Source: Ferroglobus placidus DSM 10642 (GTDB taxonomy: Archaea > Halobacteriota > Archaeoglobi > Archaeoglobales > Archaeoglobaceae). Taken from it: a DNA stretch of 32,000 bases. The notes beneath the pieces are model-generated. The model made no database searches. It had not been told where the DNA came from and worked only from the letters and a program-made list of their open reading frames with translations. Position numbers and translations under genes: made by a program. Positions 6,844-15,541 of the stretch are shown here, one piece after another. Location: contig NC_013849.1 in assembly GCF_000025505.1 (NCBI RefSeq), positions 1,950,001 to 1,982,000 on the forward strand, read 5' to 3'. How positions within the stretch are numbered: the stretch's first letter is position 1; each line of letters begins with the position of its first letter.

Positions 6844-7341
6844 ATGAAGTTCACGAAGGAAGAAGTCATAGGCGTTGCTTTTTCGAAGCTCAAACCGAAG
6901 AGTGATGAGGTTTTCGCCGACGTAGGAGCTGGAAGCGGAGCAGTAACGGAGTTTTTCTCTCCTTATGTGAGAAAGGTTTACGCTGTAGAGATCGACGAAG
7001 CTGCTTGCGAAGGTCTGAGAAAAAGGTTTAAAGGCAACGAAAAAGTTGAAGTTCTCAACATGAACGGAAAAGACTTCTTCGAAAATTACGAATGCGACAA
7101 AGCTTTCATAGGAGGAACTAAAAACCTTGAGGAGATGATAGAGGTCTGTAACGCGAAAAAAGTCGTCATTTCTGCTGCGAGAGTTGAGGTTGCCGTAAAA
7201 GCTTTGAAATGTTTGAAGAAAAAAGAAGCTTTCGAAGAGGTGGTGATAGTAAACATTTCAAAGAGCTACGAACTTGCCGGAGGGACCGCTTTTAAAAACT
7301 TGAATCCGGTTTTTCTGGTGGTCGGATGCTTTACGGGGTAA
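6844..7341 (+). CDS. cbiT: Cobalt-precorrin-6B C15-methyltransferase (decarboxylating)
   Basis: SAM-binding DVGAGSGAVT, an FIGG motif and a C-terminal NPVFLVV are typical of CbiT. It lies inside the cbi cluster. Confidence 0.8.
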   Translation: MKFTKEEVIGVAFSKLKPKSDEVFADVGAGSGAVTEFFSPYVRKVYAVEIDEAACEGLRKRFKGNEKVEVLNMNGKDFFENYECDKAFIGGTKNLEEMIEVCNAKKVVISAARVEVAVKALKCLKKKEAFEEVVIVNISKSYELAGGTAFKNLNPVFLVVGCFTG

Positions 7342-7928
7342 GCTTGGGTCCGGGAGATTTCGAACTTCTAACTTTAAAAGCTTATAAAGTCTTGAGGGAA
7401 GTCGAGGAGGTAATAGTTCCGGGAGAGCTCGCTTACGAGATCGTAAAAAAGATAAGAGAGCCGAGGCTCGTGAAAATTCCGATGGGGAGAGCGGAGGAGG
7501 TTATAGAGGAACTCTCTTCGGAACTTGCCGAGAAATGCGTTGAAAAAGACGTGGCATTTGCAGCTCTTGGAGATGTTGCCTTCTTTTCGACCTTCCAAAA
7601 AATTGCGGAAAAAGTTGTTGAGAAGAACGAGAGCGTCAAAATCGAGCTGATCCCCGGAGTCCCGAGCTTCACTTCGGTTTTTTCCAAGCTGAAACTCTTC
7701 GTTAACGCACCAATTCTAATCACAACTCCCGAATTCGAGGATGTGAAGTTCAAGGTTGTTTTAAAAGCGAAAAATCCGAAGAAAATTTCCGAAGCTCTCG
7801 AAGAGGAGGGATTCGAAGTTGTTCAGGCTGAAAAGATATTCATGGACGGGGAGAAGATTTGCGAACCCGAGGAGAAAGCTTCGTACTTCACGATGGTGGT
7901 AGCATGGAAGGAAAAGTCTACTTCGTAG
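7326..7928 (+). CDS. cbiL: Cobalt-factor II / precorrin-2 C20-methyltransferase
   Basis: Tetrapyrrole-methylase N-terminus MLYGVSLGPGDFELLTLKAYKVL. ~200 aa. A GGTGGT SD lies upstream. Confidence 0.7.
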   Translation: MLYGVSLGPGDFELLTLKAYKVLREVEEVIVPGELAYEIVKKIREPRLVKIPMGRAEEVIEELSSELAEKCVEKDVAFAALGDVAFFSTFQKIAEKVVEKNESVKIELIPGVPSFTSVFSKLKLFVNAPILITTPEFEDVKFKVVLKAKNPKKISEALEEEGFEVVQAEKIFMDGEKICEPEEKASYFTMVVAWKEKSTS

Positions 7929-8611
7929 GAGCCGGACCTGGAGATCCCGAGCTTCTAACCCTGAAAGCCTACAAACTTTTGAAAGAAGCGGATCTAATAA
8001 TCTACCCCGGGTCTCTCATCGAAGAGGACTTTCTCAAAGAGTTCGAAGGAAAGAAGGTTAACAGCTACGGAATGAAACTTGAGGAGATCGTTAGCCTGAT
8101 AGAGAAAGCTGTGAAAGAAGGGAAAAAGGTGGTAAGGCTTCAAAGCGGAGATCCGAGCATTTACGGAGCGATAAACGAGCAGATAAGAGAGCTCGAAAAA
8201 AGAGGGATAGACGTTGAAGTAATTCCGGGGGTTAGCAGCATTTTCGCTTCCGCAGCCGCTTTGAAATCAGAACTCACGTCTCCAGAAGTTCCGTCGGTTG
8301 TGATAACGAGACCGGCAGGAAAAACTCTAAAAGAGGATGAGATCGAGGAGTTTGCAAAAACCAACTCGACTCTCGTAATTCTTCTCGGAGTAGATAAAAT
8401 AGATGAGATCGTGAAAAAAGTTTCCAAGCATAGGAGCATTGAAGAGCCGGCTGCTGTCGTTTACAAAGCTTCGAGGAAGGAGGAGAAGGTCGTAGTTGGA
8501 ACGCTCGGAGACATTGCGGAGAAGGTGAAGAGGGAGGGAATAAAAAGAACTGCCGTAATAATTATAGGCAGAAGCTTAAAAAAAGAGGGGAGGTCGATAC
8601 TATACGCGTAG
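7904..8611 (+). CDS. cbiF: Cobalt-precorrin-4 C11-methyltransferase
   Basis: MEGKVYFVGAGPGDPELLTLKAYKLLKEADLIIYPGSL is the classic CbiF/CobM signature. The start is moved to the internal ATG at 7904, which follows a GGTGGT SD. Confidence 0.85.
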   Translation: MEGKVYFVGAGPGDPELLTLKAYKLLKEADLIIYPGSLIEEDFLKEFEGKKVNSYGMKLEEIVSLIEKAVKEGKKVVRLQSGDPSIYGAINEQIRELEKRGIDVEVIPGVSSIFASAAALKSELTSPEVPSVVITRPAGKTLKEDEIEEFAKTNSTLVILLGVDKIDEIVKKVSKHRSIEEPAAVVYKASRKEEKVVVGTLGDIAEKVKREGIKRTAVIIIGRSLKKEGRSILYA

Positions 8612-8664
8612 CGGTCGTCGGGTTCGAAAGGGATAAAGATAAAATTGAGAAGATCGCCGAATTC

Positions 8665-9294
8665 TTGAAAGCTGATCTTTTCTTTTACGAAAAGGGAATC
8701 TGGGAGAAGGTAATCGATTACGACTGCATAGTAGCTATGATGCCGAGCGGGATAGTGGTAAGGCAGATGTGTCCTCTATTAAAAAGCAAGTGGGAAGATC
8801 CAGCTATTGTCATCGTTGACAAATCTATGAGTTACGCGATCCCTATCCTCGGAGGTCATCACGGGGGAAACGAGGTTGCTAAAAAGCTTGAAGGAATGGG
8901 AATGAAAGCGGTTATAACTACAGCTATGGAGTTTCAGGAGGGTTTGTTCGTCGGATTGGGATGTAGAAGAGGAATTAAAGCTGAGGAGATTTTTAAAGCC
9001 GTGAAAAACGCTCTCGAAGAAATAGGAGGAAGATTTGAAGATGTTGTAGCTTTCGCAACAGCTGAGCTGAAAAGGAACGAAAAAGGCTTGATTGAGTTTG
9101 CCGATAAGCTGAAAAAACCGCTAATTTTCCTGAAAAAAGAAGAGCTGAATTCGGTAAAAGTTGGTAAGAGTAAAGCGGAAATCGTCGGGTTGAACAGCGT
9201 TGCCGAAGCTGCAGCTGTATACATCTCAAAAAAGAAGGAGTTAATACTCCCCAAGAGAGTTTACGGGGGTGTAACAGTTGCGATCGCAAGGTAA
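8665..9294 (+). CDS. cbiG: Cobalt-precorrin-5A hydrolase; coding region probably begins near 8602
   Basis: SGIVVRQMCPLLKSKWEDPAIVIVD...AIPILGGHHGGNEVAKKL matches the CbiG core. The frame is open from 8443, and 8602-8664 encodes a CbiG-like IRVAVVGFERDKDKIEKIAEF, but there is no ATG/GTG/TTG before TTG 8665. Confidence 0.8.
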   Translation: MKADLFFYEKGIWEKVIDYDCIVAMMPSGIVVRQMCPLLKSKWEDPAIVIVDKSMSYAIPILGGHHGGNEVAKKLEGMGMKAVITTAMEFQEGLFVGLGCRRGIKAEEIFKAVKNALEEIGGRFEDVVAFATAELKRNEKGLIEFADKLKKPLIFLKKEELNSVKVGKSKAEIVGLNSVAEAAAVYISKKKELILPKRVYGGVTVAIAR

Positions 9295-10024
9295 GCTCTA
9301 CATCGTAGGAATAGGACCGGGATGCAGAGAGTTGATGACTCTAAAAGCGAAAAAAGCTATTGAAAGTTCCGATTACGTTATAGGGCATAAAAGATACGTC
9401 GATTTCGTCAGGGATCTCGTTAAAGGAAAGATTATTGAGAGCGGGATGGGGAGGGAGGTTGAAAGGGTAAGGCTTGCTGTCGAGCTCGCAAAAAATAACG
9501 TCGTGAGCCTCGTGAGCGGAGGAGATCCATGCGTTTACGGAATTGCACCTCTCGTTATAGAATACATTCAGTCGAAAGGTGTAAGCGTCGACTACGAAAT
9601 AATTCCGGGAGTTTCGGCTTTGAATTCAGCCTCTCCTCTCCTTGGCTCTCCTATCAGCGGAGATCATGCTGTTGTAAGCCTAAGCGACCTTCTCGTCCCG
9701 TGGGAAATAATCGAGAGGAGGCTTAGAAAAGCTTTAGAGGGGGATTTCGTTATAGCTATCTACAACCCTTCGAGCAGGAAAAGGAAGGGCAATTTAGAGA
9801 AAGCCATGAAAATAGTAATGGAGCACAGAGGAGACGTCTTCGTTGGAGTCGTGAAAAACGCTTGCAGAGAAGGAGAAGAAGTGAGAATTATGAAGTGTAG
9901 CGAGGTAATAAGTTCGGATTTCGTGGATATGAGCACGATAATATTCGTTCCGAATTCTGAAACTGTAATCAAGAATGGAATGATGCTAACTCCTCGCGGT
10001 TATTCGAGGAAATACGAGGTGTGA
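9278..10024 (+). CDS. cbiH: Cobalt-factor III / precorrin-3B C17-methyltransferase
   Basis: GKLYIVGIGPGCRELMTLKAKKAIESSDYVIGHKRYVDFV is the CbiH/CobJ signature. TTG start with a GGGGGTG SD ~7 nt upstream. Confidence 0.8.
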   Translation: MRSQGKLYIVGIGPGCRELMTLKAKKAIESSDYVIGHKRYVDFVRDLVKGKIIESGMGREVERVRLAVELAKNNVVSLVSGGDPCVYGIAPLVIEYIQSKGVSVDYEIIPGVSALNSASPLLGSPISGDHAVVSLSDLLVPWEIIERRLRKALEGDFVIAIYNPSSRKRKGNLEKAMKIVMEHRGDVFVGVVKNACREGEEVRIMKCSEVISSDFVDMSTIIFVPNSETVIKNGMMLTPRGYSRKYEV

Positions 10025-10026
10025 AG

Positions 10027-10626
10027 ATGCAAGATATGGGAGAAAACTCGATTGACGGAAAAGAAATCGTTAGGAAAAGTTACGAAATCGTGAAAAAGTA
10101 CGTTAAGGGAGAAACGGCAGAAGAAAAGGTAATCCAGCGATGCATCATAGCCACTGGAGATCCGACTGTTAAAGATCTTATTGTTTTTAAAGGAGATGCG
10201 ATAAAAGCCGGAGTTGAGGCTTTAAAAGCTGGAGAGAACATAATTTGCGACGTGAAAATGGTTGAAGTGGGAATAAACAAGAGAAAGATAAGATCCAAAA
10301 CCTACGTGGCTGTAGAAGTTGGAAGAGATGAAAAGATGACCCGCGCAATGAGCGGGATGTACAGGCTTAAAGATAAAATGGACGGAGCAATTTTAGCAAT
10401 AGGTAACGCTCCAAGCGCCGCCATAGCAGTTTACAATCTAATCAGAGAAGGCGTTAAGCCTTCTCTCGTCATCGCAACTCCAGTTGGCTTCGTTAATGCC
10501 GCTGAATCCAAAGAGATGATAAGGAGCTTGGAAGTTCCGAGCATAACCACCGTTGGCACGAGGGGAGGATCGGCAATTTGCGTGGCGATAGTTAACGCTT
10601 TGATAGACCTATGCGAGACCCTATAG
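10027..10626 (+). CDS. cbiC: Cobalt-precorrin-8 methylmutase
   Basis: RCIIATGDP...ICDVKMVEVGI...AIGNAP...GFVNAAESKE are CbiC/CobH motifs. ATG 10027 lies 5 nt after a GAGGTG SD; the tracked GTG 10021 is an alternative start. Confidence 0.8.
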   Translation: MQDMGENSIDGKEIVRKSYEIVKKYVKGETAEEKVIQRCIIATGDPTVKDLIVFKGDAIKAGVEALKAGENIICDVKMVEVGINKRKIRSKTYVAVEVGRDEKMTRAMSGMYRLKDKMDGAILAIGNAPSAAIAVYNLIREGVKPSLVIATPVGFVNAAESKEMIRSLEVPSITTVGTRGGSAICVAIVNALIDLCETL

Positions 10627-11534
10627 AGCTGTATCGCTATCCGGAAGATTGGGTGAAAAAAGCCGCTGAGAGTGAGGGTTTGAAGAGCGTTAGGGAGAAA
10701 ATAAAAAGCGGGCTTTACATACTCTCTAAAGACGGTTGGATCAGAAGGGGAATTACTACGGCAACAACGGCTTCAGCTGCGATAGTTGGGGCTATAGCGT
10801 CAACGAAAGGTGAAAGTAAATATGTGGAAGTTTCAACTCCCGCTGGAATAAACGTCAGCGTTAAAGTTAAAGCCGAGAACGGAAGATGCGTCGCTAAAAA
10901 ATTCGCCGGGGATCACGCTTTCGACAGAACGGATGGTATAGAGATTGTTGCGAGAGTTATGGAAGAAGATGGAATACGTTTCGGCAGGGGGATTGGCGTA
11001 AAAAACGGAAAGAAGGCTGTTAGCGAGAATGCTAAAAAGCAGATTGAAGAAAATTTTAAGAGAGCTTGCAAAGAGTTCGATTTTAAAGGGGGAGTGGAAG
11101 TGGAAATTCCCGAAGGGGAGAAGCTCTGCAAAATTACCGGGAACGAGAGGGTTGGAATTAGAGGTGGAATATCTTTGCTCGGCTCCACCGGCTTCGTCGA
11201 ACCTTGGTGCGAAAAACTCGTTAGAACGAAAGCCGAGATATTGAAGCAATACGATAGAGTTGCGATAACAACTGGCAGAGAGGGGTTCAGATACGCTTTA
11301 AAGAACTTCAACAATTTTCAACCCTTCGTCTTCGGAGTTTACATCGACGAAGCTTTAAAAAATGCGAGAGGAGAAGTTATCATAGTTGGAAAACCGGCTT
11401 TACTCGTTAAATGGGCTGTTCCCGAGCTTAGGGGAAGGTTAATTGGAGACGAAGACGTTTCGAAGTATAGGAGAAAAGTTATTGAGAAGGCTAAAGAGTT
11501 AAATGAGAATGTCGTAGATGTCGTGCTGATCTGA
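10611..11534 (+). CDS. cbiD: Cobalt-precorrin-5B C1-methyltransferase
   Basis: RRGITTATTASAAIVGA near the N-terminus and GGISLLGSTGFVEPW are CbiD-family motifs. It lies in the cbi cluster. Confidence 0.75.
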   Translation: MRDPIELYRYPEDWVKKAAESEGLKSVREKIKSGLYILSKDGWIRRGITTATTASAAIVGAIASTKGESKYVEVSTPAGINVSVKVKAENGRCVAKKFAGDHAFDRTDGIEIVARVMEEDGIRFGRGIGVKNGKKAVSENAKKQIEENFKRACKEFDFKGGVEVEIPEGEKLCKITGNERVGIRGGISLLGSTGFVEPWCEKLVRTKAEILKQYDRVAITTGREGFRYALKNFNNFQPFVFGVYIDEALKNARGEVIIVGKPALLVKWAVPELRGRLIGDEDVSKYRRKVIEKAKELNENVVDVVLI

Positions 11535-11535
11535 A

Positions 11536-12078
11536 ATGCTTTACGTAGTCGGAGTTGGGGCAGCAAAGGGGTACTTGACGGACAGAGCCAAGGAGATAAT
11601 ATCGAAAGCTGAAGTAGTTTACGGAAGCGAAAGAGCGATTGAGTACGCGAAGGAATTTATAAGGGGAGAGATTAGGGTTCTGAAAAAATTCGGAAAGGAT
11701 GTTTACGAGGAAATAGAGAGGGAAGCTAAAGATAAGAAAGTCGTCGTTCTTTCAACCGGCGATCCGATGGTTTCCGGGTTGGGAAAGAAGATTAACGGAA
11801 TTGTTGAGCCGGGAATAAGCAGCGTCCAGCTCGCTTTAGCAAAGCTAAGGGTTGATTTGTGCGAGGTTGTAGTAGTGGATTCCCACGGAAAAGACAGCTA
11901 CGACGAAATAGAGAAAGCTCTGGAGTTCAGAGGAAAGGTTTTGGTTTTGGCTGACAAAAATTTCGATCTGAGCAAAGTTAAGGGTAGAGTTATCGTTCTC
12001 GAAAATCTCGGATTGGAGGACGAAAGAGTTGGAGAGGATATAAAAAGCGACCTCGCTATAGTTTACGTGGAGAGGTGA
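11536..12078 (+). CDS. cbiE: Cobalt-precorrin-7 C5-methyltransferase
   Basis: MLYVVGVGAAKGYLTDRAKEIISKAEVVYGSERAI and VVVLSTGDPMVSG fit CbiE (the tetrapyrrole-methylase half of CobL). Confidence 0.75.
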   Translation: MLYVVGVGAAKGYLTDRAKEIISKAEVVYGSERAIEYAKEFIRGEIRVLKKFGKDVYEEIEREAKDKKVVVLSTGDPMVSGLGKKINGIVEPGISSVQLALAKLRVDLCEVVVVDSHGKDSYDEIEKALEFRGKVLVLADKNFDLSKVKGRVIVLENLGLEDERVGEDIKSDLAIVYVER

Positions 12079-12082
12079 GGAA

Positions 12083-12601
12083 ATGAGGCTGCTTTGCTTG
12101 TCTGACACGCACTGCGAAAAACTCGAGGATTTGCCCAAGAAAGTCTTAGATTTAATGGACGAAGTCGACTTAGTCGTTCATGCCGGAGATTTCACTTCTC
12201 TCTCCTTATACGAGGAAATAGAAAGGAGGAAAGAAATCTTCGCCGTTCGAGGCAATGCAGATGACGAGGAGTTGAAAAAGCTGCTTCCGGAGGAGGTTAC
12301 TTTTGAAGTAGAGGGTGTTAGGTTTGGAGTTGTGCATAGGGGAAATTACCTTAACGAGTTTTACGACCTCGGATACAAAGCAAAAGAGCTTGGGGTGAAA
12401 GTCCTCGTCTTCGGACACGTTCACAGATTCGTCCTTCAGCAGTTCGGCGACGTTATCGTCCTCTGCCCCGGAAGTCCAACTCAGCCGAGGCTTTCGGTGG
12501 CGAGCTGTGCGGTTTTGAAAGTCGAAAACGGAAAAGTTAACGTGGAGTTCGTTATAGCCGATGAAGTTGCATGCGGAATGGATGTGAGGTTGAAAACATG
12601 A
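12083..12601 (+). CDS. YfcE/MJ0936-family metallophosphoesterase
   Basis: LCLSDTH, HAGDF, RGNAD, VVHRG and GHVH motifs in a ~170-aa protein. A strong GGAGAGGTGAGG SD lies upstream. Starts 4 nt after cbiE. Confidence 0.75.
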   Translation: MRLLCLSDTHCEKLEDLPKKVLDLMDEVDLVVHAGDFTSLSLYEEIERRKEIFAVRGNADDEELKKLLPEEVTFEVEGVRFGVVHRGNYLNEFYDLGYKAKELGVKVLVFGHVHRFVLQQFGDVIVLCPGSPTQPRLSVASCAVLKVENGKVNVEFVIADEVACGMDVRLKT

Positions 12602-13266
12602 AGGTGTTCAAAGTTTCCGAAGTTGGGGAAGATTTGAGGAAACTCGGTAGGCTTGCGGTTCTGAGAAAGGAGGGGGAAAAGATAATCGTCGAAGGGGATG
12701 GCGAGAAGTTCGAGATGAAAAACGACTTGAAAAGAGCTTTATCAGCTTTAGCATCGATGGGCTACGAGTTTGCTGCTCTCCTGAACCTGGAAGGAGAGAT
12801 AGGCGTTCCCATAAAAGAGGTGAAAAGAGCTGAGGAAATTTTAAAGCTTGAGGATTTCGAAACTTTGGAAAGCATAGTGGAAAAGCTGAAGAGGAGAGGG
12901 GAAAAGTGCGGAGCCATCGGAATTTTTGTGGGTTTCGTCAGAGAAATAAACGAGGGAAAGAGGGTTCTCAAACTCGAATACGAGAGGTTCGATGAAATGT
13001 ACTTCGAAAAGCTTAGAGAAATAGAGGAGAGGATTGAAAAATTCGACGGGGTTTACGGAGTTAAAATCTACCACAAAATCGGAGAAGTTTTGCCGAGGGA
13101 GGATATAGTTTACGTGGCTGTAATGAGCGATCACAGGAAGAATCTGTGGGACGCTTTGATTGAAGCGGTTGAAAGCTTTAAAAAAGAGCTTCCCGTTTGG
13201 AAGAAAGAGGTTTACGAAGACGGGGAAATCTGGGCTCACGATAGGGATTTAAAGAAGAGAGATTAG
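12598..13266 (+). CDS. MoaE-domain (molybdopterin synthase large subunit-like) protein with ~75-aa N-terminal extension
   Basis: The C-terminal ~140 aa read CGAIGIFVGFVRE...LEYERFDEM...VAVMSDHRKNLWDALIEAVESFKKELPVWKKE, which is the MoaE pattern. The start is taken at ATG 12598, which overlaps the previous TGA as ATGA. Confidence 0.65.
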   Translation: MKVFKVSEVGEDLRKLGRLAVLRKEGEKIIVEGDGEKFEMKNDLKRALSALASMGYEFAALLNLEGEIGVPIKEVKRAEEILKLEDFETLESIVEKLKRRGEKCGAIGIFVGFVREINEGKRVLKLEYERFDEMYFEKLREIEERIEKFDGVYGVKIYHKIGEVLPREDIVYVAVMSDHRKNLWDALIEAVESFKKELPVWKKEVYEDGEIWAHDRDLKKRD

Positions 13267-13947
13267 TTCCTTCAAAACGACTTCTCCTTCTTCTTTGTTC
13301 GAGGCTGTTGTTATTACGTAGATCTGCTGCACCGCTGCCCCGTGAATCAGCAGAGCTCTTATGTTCCCTCTATCGTCGCTCCTCGTTAACTTGATCCTAA
13401 CTCCTCCCTGAGATGTTCCCTTGTTCTCGATAACCCCCGGAACTACCTTTTTAACGTAGGGAGACCTCGCGAGCTTCATGATCAAATTAAACCCCTCTCT
13501 CCCACCAATTATTGTAGAATGAGCGCCGCTGATCTTCTCCTCCGGATCGACGTAGACTTTTTTGATCTTGCGAACTCTCTTGAAAAACTCGACGAGCTTT
13601 CCCACGAATTCGTCAAAATTCATGTCGTCAGTTACGAGGACTTCCAAATCGCTCAGAGCAAACTTGGAAATCATCGAAGCGACGAAATCTTTCCTCTCTC
13701 CAGAAACAACGACTCTGTCCACTCTCCTCTCGTGAATTCTTTCGGCGCAGATTTCGAAGAGGTTTCTGAGGGAGACTTCGTCGTCGTAAACTTTGAAAGC
13801 GAGAGTTTCTACATCTTCCCCAATAAAAACGAGCTTCAACTTCTCGTTCTCAAGGTATGCTCCGCAGCCGTAAGCGTTTCTTTCTCCGCAATACAAACAA
13901 AAAGAGGTTTTACTCAACAACCTGTTTCCGCAGTTTTTACACCTCAT
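13249..13947 (-). CDS. Conserved archaeal zinc-ribbon protein (DUF2103-like)
   Basis: N-terminal CKNCGN...CLYCG zinc ribbon. The family name is from memory and unverified. Has a 4-nt overlap with the upstream GT2 gene. Confidence 0.5.
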   Translation of the reverse strand: MRCKNCGNRLLSKTSFCLYCGERNAYGCGAYLENEKLKLVFIGEDVETLAFKVYDDEVSLRNLFEICAERIHERRVDRVVVSGERKDFVASMISKFALSDLEVLVTDDMNFDEFVGKLVEFFKRVRKIKKVYVDPEEKISGAHSTIIGGREGFNLIMKLARSPYVKKVVPGVIENKGTSQGGVRIKLTRSDDRGNIRALLIHGAAVQQIYVITTASNKEEGEVVLKELISLL

Positions 13948-14627
13948 CCCATCAATCTGATTATGTTTTTGAGCATGTAAAAGCTATCCTTCAAAAGCTT
14001 AACTTTTGAGTTCTCCTCGTGCCTCCATTTTACCGGAATCTCCTTTATCCGATAACCCTTCCTCTGAGCGAGTATCAGCAGTTCCGTGTCGAAGAACCAG
14101 TGGTTGTCTTTAACTTTGAAGAATAAATCTTCAGCCACCTCTCTCCTTAAAGCTTTGAAACCGCATTGGTGATCCCTTATACTCGATTTCAGAAGAAGCC
14201 TAACGAGGAAGTTGTAAACCCTCGAAGGAATTTCTCGAGAGAGAGGTCTTTTAGCGTCGCTCTCTTTCAATAGCCTTGATCCGATCACTATGTCGTAATC
14301 TCTTATGTTGTCGATTAAGTCCTTTAAATGAGAAATGTCGGTAGATAAGTCTGCGTCCATGTAAATTATCACTTCCCCTCTCGACTCTTTCAGCGCTCTC
14401 CTCAAAGCCTCTCCTCTTCCGAGCCTTTCGTCGCTGTGGAGGTGCTTTACGAAATCGTAGGTTTCGGCAAGCTTCGAGGCTATCTTATCCGTCCCGTCCG
14501 TAGAACCGTCTTCGGCTATGATTATTTCGAAATCCAATCCGAGCTTTTTCGCTTCTTCGGCAGTTCTTAAAACCGCTTCCTCTATCTTTTCAGCCTCGTT
14601 GTGGGCTGGAAATATTATCGATATCAT
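13944..14627 (-). CDS. Family 2 glycosyltransferase (dolichyl-phosphate sugar synthase-like)
   Basis: ISIIFPAHNEAEKI...IIIAEDGSTDGT...IIYMDADLSTD are typical GT2/DPM1-like motifs. Confidence 0.8.
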   Translation of the reverse strand: MISIIFPAHNEAEKIEEAVLRTAEEAKKLGLDFEIIIAEDGSTDGTDKIASKLAETYDFVKHLHSDERLGRGEALRRALKESRGEVIIYMDADLSTDISHLKDLIDNIRDYDIVIGSRLLKESDAKRPLSREIPSRVYNFLVRLLLKSSIRDHQCGFKALRREVAEDLFFKVKDNHWFFDTELLILAQRKGYRIKEIPVKWRHEENSKVKLLKDSFYMLKNIIRLMG

Positions 14628-15541
14628 AGCCTCTTCACCTTTATAGCGTAGTTCTTGTAAGTCACGTATCCTTCTCCACTTCCCTTGTAGAGCTTAAACC
14701 TCCCAAGTTTCTTAACACTTACCTTTCCCTCTTTTTTGAACTCTTCCATCATGTCAGCGAGACTTTTTCCGTAGGAGAACTCGAAGAGAATTGAAGGAGT
14801 CGTGAGTCTTGCGTTAACCTCTATGAGATACAGCTCCTCTCCGAGAACGAAATCAACTCCGAAGTAACCCTTCAAGCCTTTTATCTTTTCCACAACTCTG
14901 CAACCGATCTCCTCGATCTCCTCCTTTAAATCTTCATCAACTTCGAAGGGAACGACAGCACCTCTGTACTCGAAGTTTTCGAGAATTTGCTCGTTAACGC
15001 TCAGAAGGGTAACGTCGTCCGTAGCCAAGTAACTCGCGCTTATCGGCTTTCCCTCAACGAACTTTTGAGCTACGAAGTTTTCTGGAACTTCTCCTCCAAT
15101 CCTTATGTTTTCTCCACCGCACGAAACTCTCGGCTTAACAACGTACTTCCCCTCTAATTTGCTCAAAGACGTTTTTGGCATTTTCACGACTTTTCTCAGC
15201 CTTTTGTAAAGCTCGTACTTGTCGGAGGTAACTTTCACAGCTTCACTTTCAGCTCCAAGGTTCTCAACGCCAAATTCCTCAACCTTTTTCGTTAACTCGT
15301 AGAGAATAAAATCGTTTTCCGGAGCTACAATTAAAGCAGCATCAGCTTCTTTTAGGCAATCTTCAAAGGATTTTGAGGGAAAGGGAAAAACTGACTGAAA
15401 CTCCTTCTTTACCCCACTCACGAGGGAGTAATACTTGGAAAAGTTGAGCATGGATTTGAACATTGCTAAACCTTCAACAGCGATGCTGTCCGGAAGCTCT
15501 CCCAAGCAGGTAGCAAATTCAAAAATGAAGAGCTTTTTCAT
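14624..15541 (-). CDS. ATP-grasp superfamily ligase (possibly MfnD-like tyramine-glutamate ligase)
   Basis: N-terminus MKKLFIFEFATC...EGLAMFKSML plus C-terminal GYFGVDFVL...LYLIEVNARLT are ATP-grasp motifs. The specific MfnD assignment is a guess from memory. Confidence 0.6.
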   Translation of the reverse strand: MKKLFIFEFATCLGELPDSIAVEGLAMFKSMLNFSKYYSLVSGVKKEFQSVFPFPSKSFEDCLKEADAALIVAPENDFILYELTKKVEEFGVENLGAESEAVKVTSDKYELYKRLRKVVKMPKTSLSKLEGKYVVKPRVSCGGENIRIGGEVPENFVAQKFVEGKPISASYLATDDVTLLSVNEQILENFEYRGAVVPFEVDEDLKEEIEEIGCRVVEKIKGLKGYFGVDFVLGEELYLIEVNARLTTPSILFEFSYGKSLADMMEEFKKEGKVSVKKLGRFKLYKGSGEGYVTYKNYAIKVKRL

